Assembly (NCBI GenBank): GCA_036376775.1
Contig: DASUZP010000032.1
Span: 1 to 52,736 of the forward strand
Reading direction: 5' to 3'
Source: Solirubrobacterales bacterium
Lineage (GTDB): Bacteria > Actinomycetota > Thermoleophilia > Solirubrobacterales > 70-9
Length of the DNA: 52,736 nucleotides
The position numbers and the translations under genes are program-made. The notes beneath the pieces were generated by a model. That model searched no databases. It was not told where the DNA came from and saw nothing but the letters and a program-made list of their open reading frames with translations. Below are positions 52,396 to 52,736 of the stretch, piece after piece (the stretch's first letter is position 1; each line of letters opens with the position of its first letter).

Positions 52396-52736
52396 ATGTC
52401 GACCAGGACCGAAGAGAGAGCTGCCGCAGATGCCGATGGTGGCCGGCTGGAACACGATCCCGGCGGGGGATTGCAGGAGCAGGCCTTGCGGCTGCGGGCC
52501 GGAGAGGTGTCCTCGCGCGAGCTCGTCGAGGCGGCGCTGGGACGAGCGGAGGCAGCCCAGTCGACGCTCAACGCCTTCCGGGTGATCTGCTCCGAAGAGG
52601 CCCTGACCGCCGCCGAGCAGGCCGATCGCCGCCTCGGCGACGGCGAGGGCGCTGCGCTTCTGGGAGTTCCCGTCGCGATCAAGGACGACGTCGACCTCAG
52701 CGGACACACGACCCCGTTCGGCTGCGGTGGCGGGCG
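52396..52736 (+). CDS. Amidase (amidase-signature family), 3' end outside the window
   Basis: Hand translation of the run-off frame, which is not in the ORF track: MSTRTEERAAADADGGRLEHDPGGGLQEQALRLRAGEVSSRELVEAALGRAEAAQSTLNAFRVICSEEALTAAEQADRRL...LLGVPVAIKDDVDLSGHTTPFG matches an amidase N-terminus. Confidence 0.8.
   Translation, partial: MSTRTEERAAADADGGRLEHDPGGGLQEQALRLRAGEVSSRELVEAALGRAEAAQSTLNAFRVICSEEALTAAEQADRRLGDGEGAALLGVPVAIKDDVDLSGHTTPFGCGGG

Overview
This is a high-GC chromosomal window (about 70% by eye) of Actinomycetota type, densely packed with about 65 protein genes and one tRNA-Gln(UUG). All family assignments were made by reading motifs in the translations; no database search was possible.

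Most content is core housekeeping:
- glmU-prs-GDPD
- metH
- tatD-rsmA-ispE
- hemQ, an fprA-like reductase, bolA-grx, an iscA-type gene, and a tetR-glpK-plsC unit

Two further groups stand out:
- Envelope and lipid genes: a DedA-PAP2 fusion, a GT4-flippase-like fusion, and a 12-TM protein.
- An acyl-CoA catabolic cluster at 34.4-43.7 kb: MerR, CaiB-type CoA-transferase, BKACE, a carboxyltransferase without a biotin partner in view, enoyl-CoA hydratase, two acyl-CoA dehydrogenases and three NTF2-like proteins.

I saw no rRNA, CRISPR array, transposase, integrase or prophage.

The least ordinary content is non-coding. There are three families of structured repeats:
- H family: 45-nt hairpins with constant TCCGGTGCGC/GCGCACCGGA ends. 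Two copies bracket a DUF559 gene and one sits in frame inside a membrane-protein ORF.
- F1 family: elements of 113 and 124 nt, two inverted copies between hdeD and glmU.
- F2 family: elements of about 112-123 nt, three same-orientation copies at gene 3' ends. Two of them flank a PucR regulator gene.

F1 and F2 share one architecture. A long outer stem differs between copies but stays perfectly or nearly perfectly self-complementary. The interior is conserved and is bounded on both sides by TCC/TTCCA.

Other second-look items:
- a tail-anchored protein built from ten 11-residue repeats
- a PAS-like protein with a CxxC...HGICPxC tail
- an unlisted 44-aa ORF that completes a DUF4235-like / holin-X-like / DUF3618-like triad
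- a cyclase-P-loop-TPR STAND protein with no DNA-binding output
- an AT-rich 330-bp spacer with operator-like repeats
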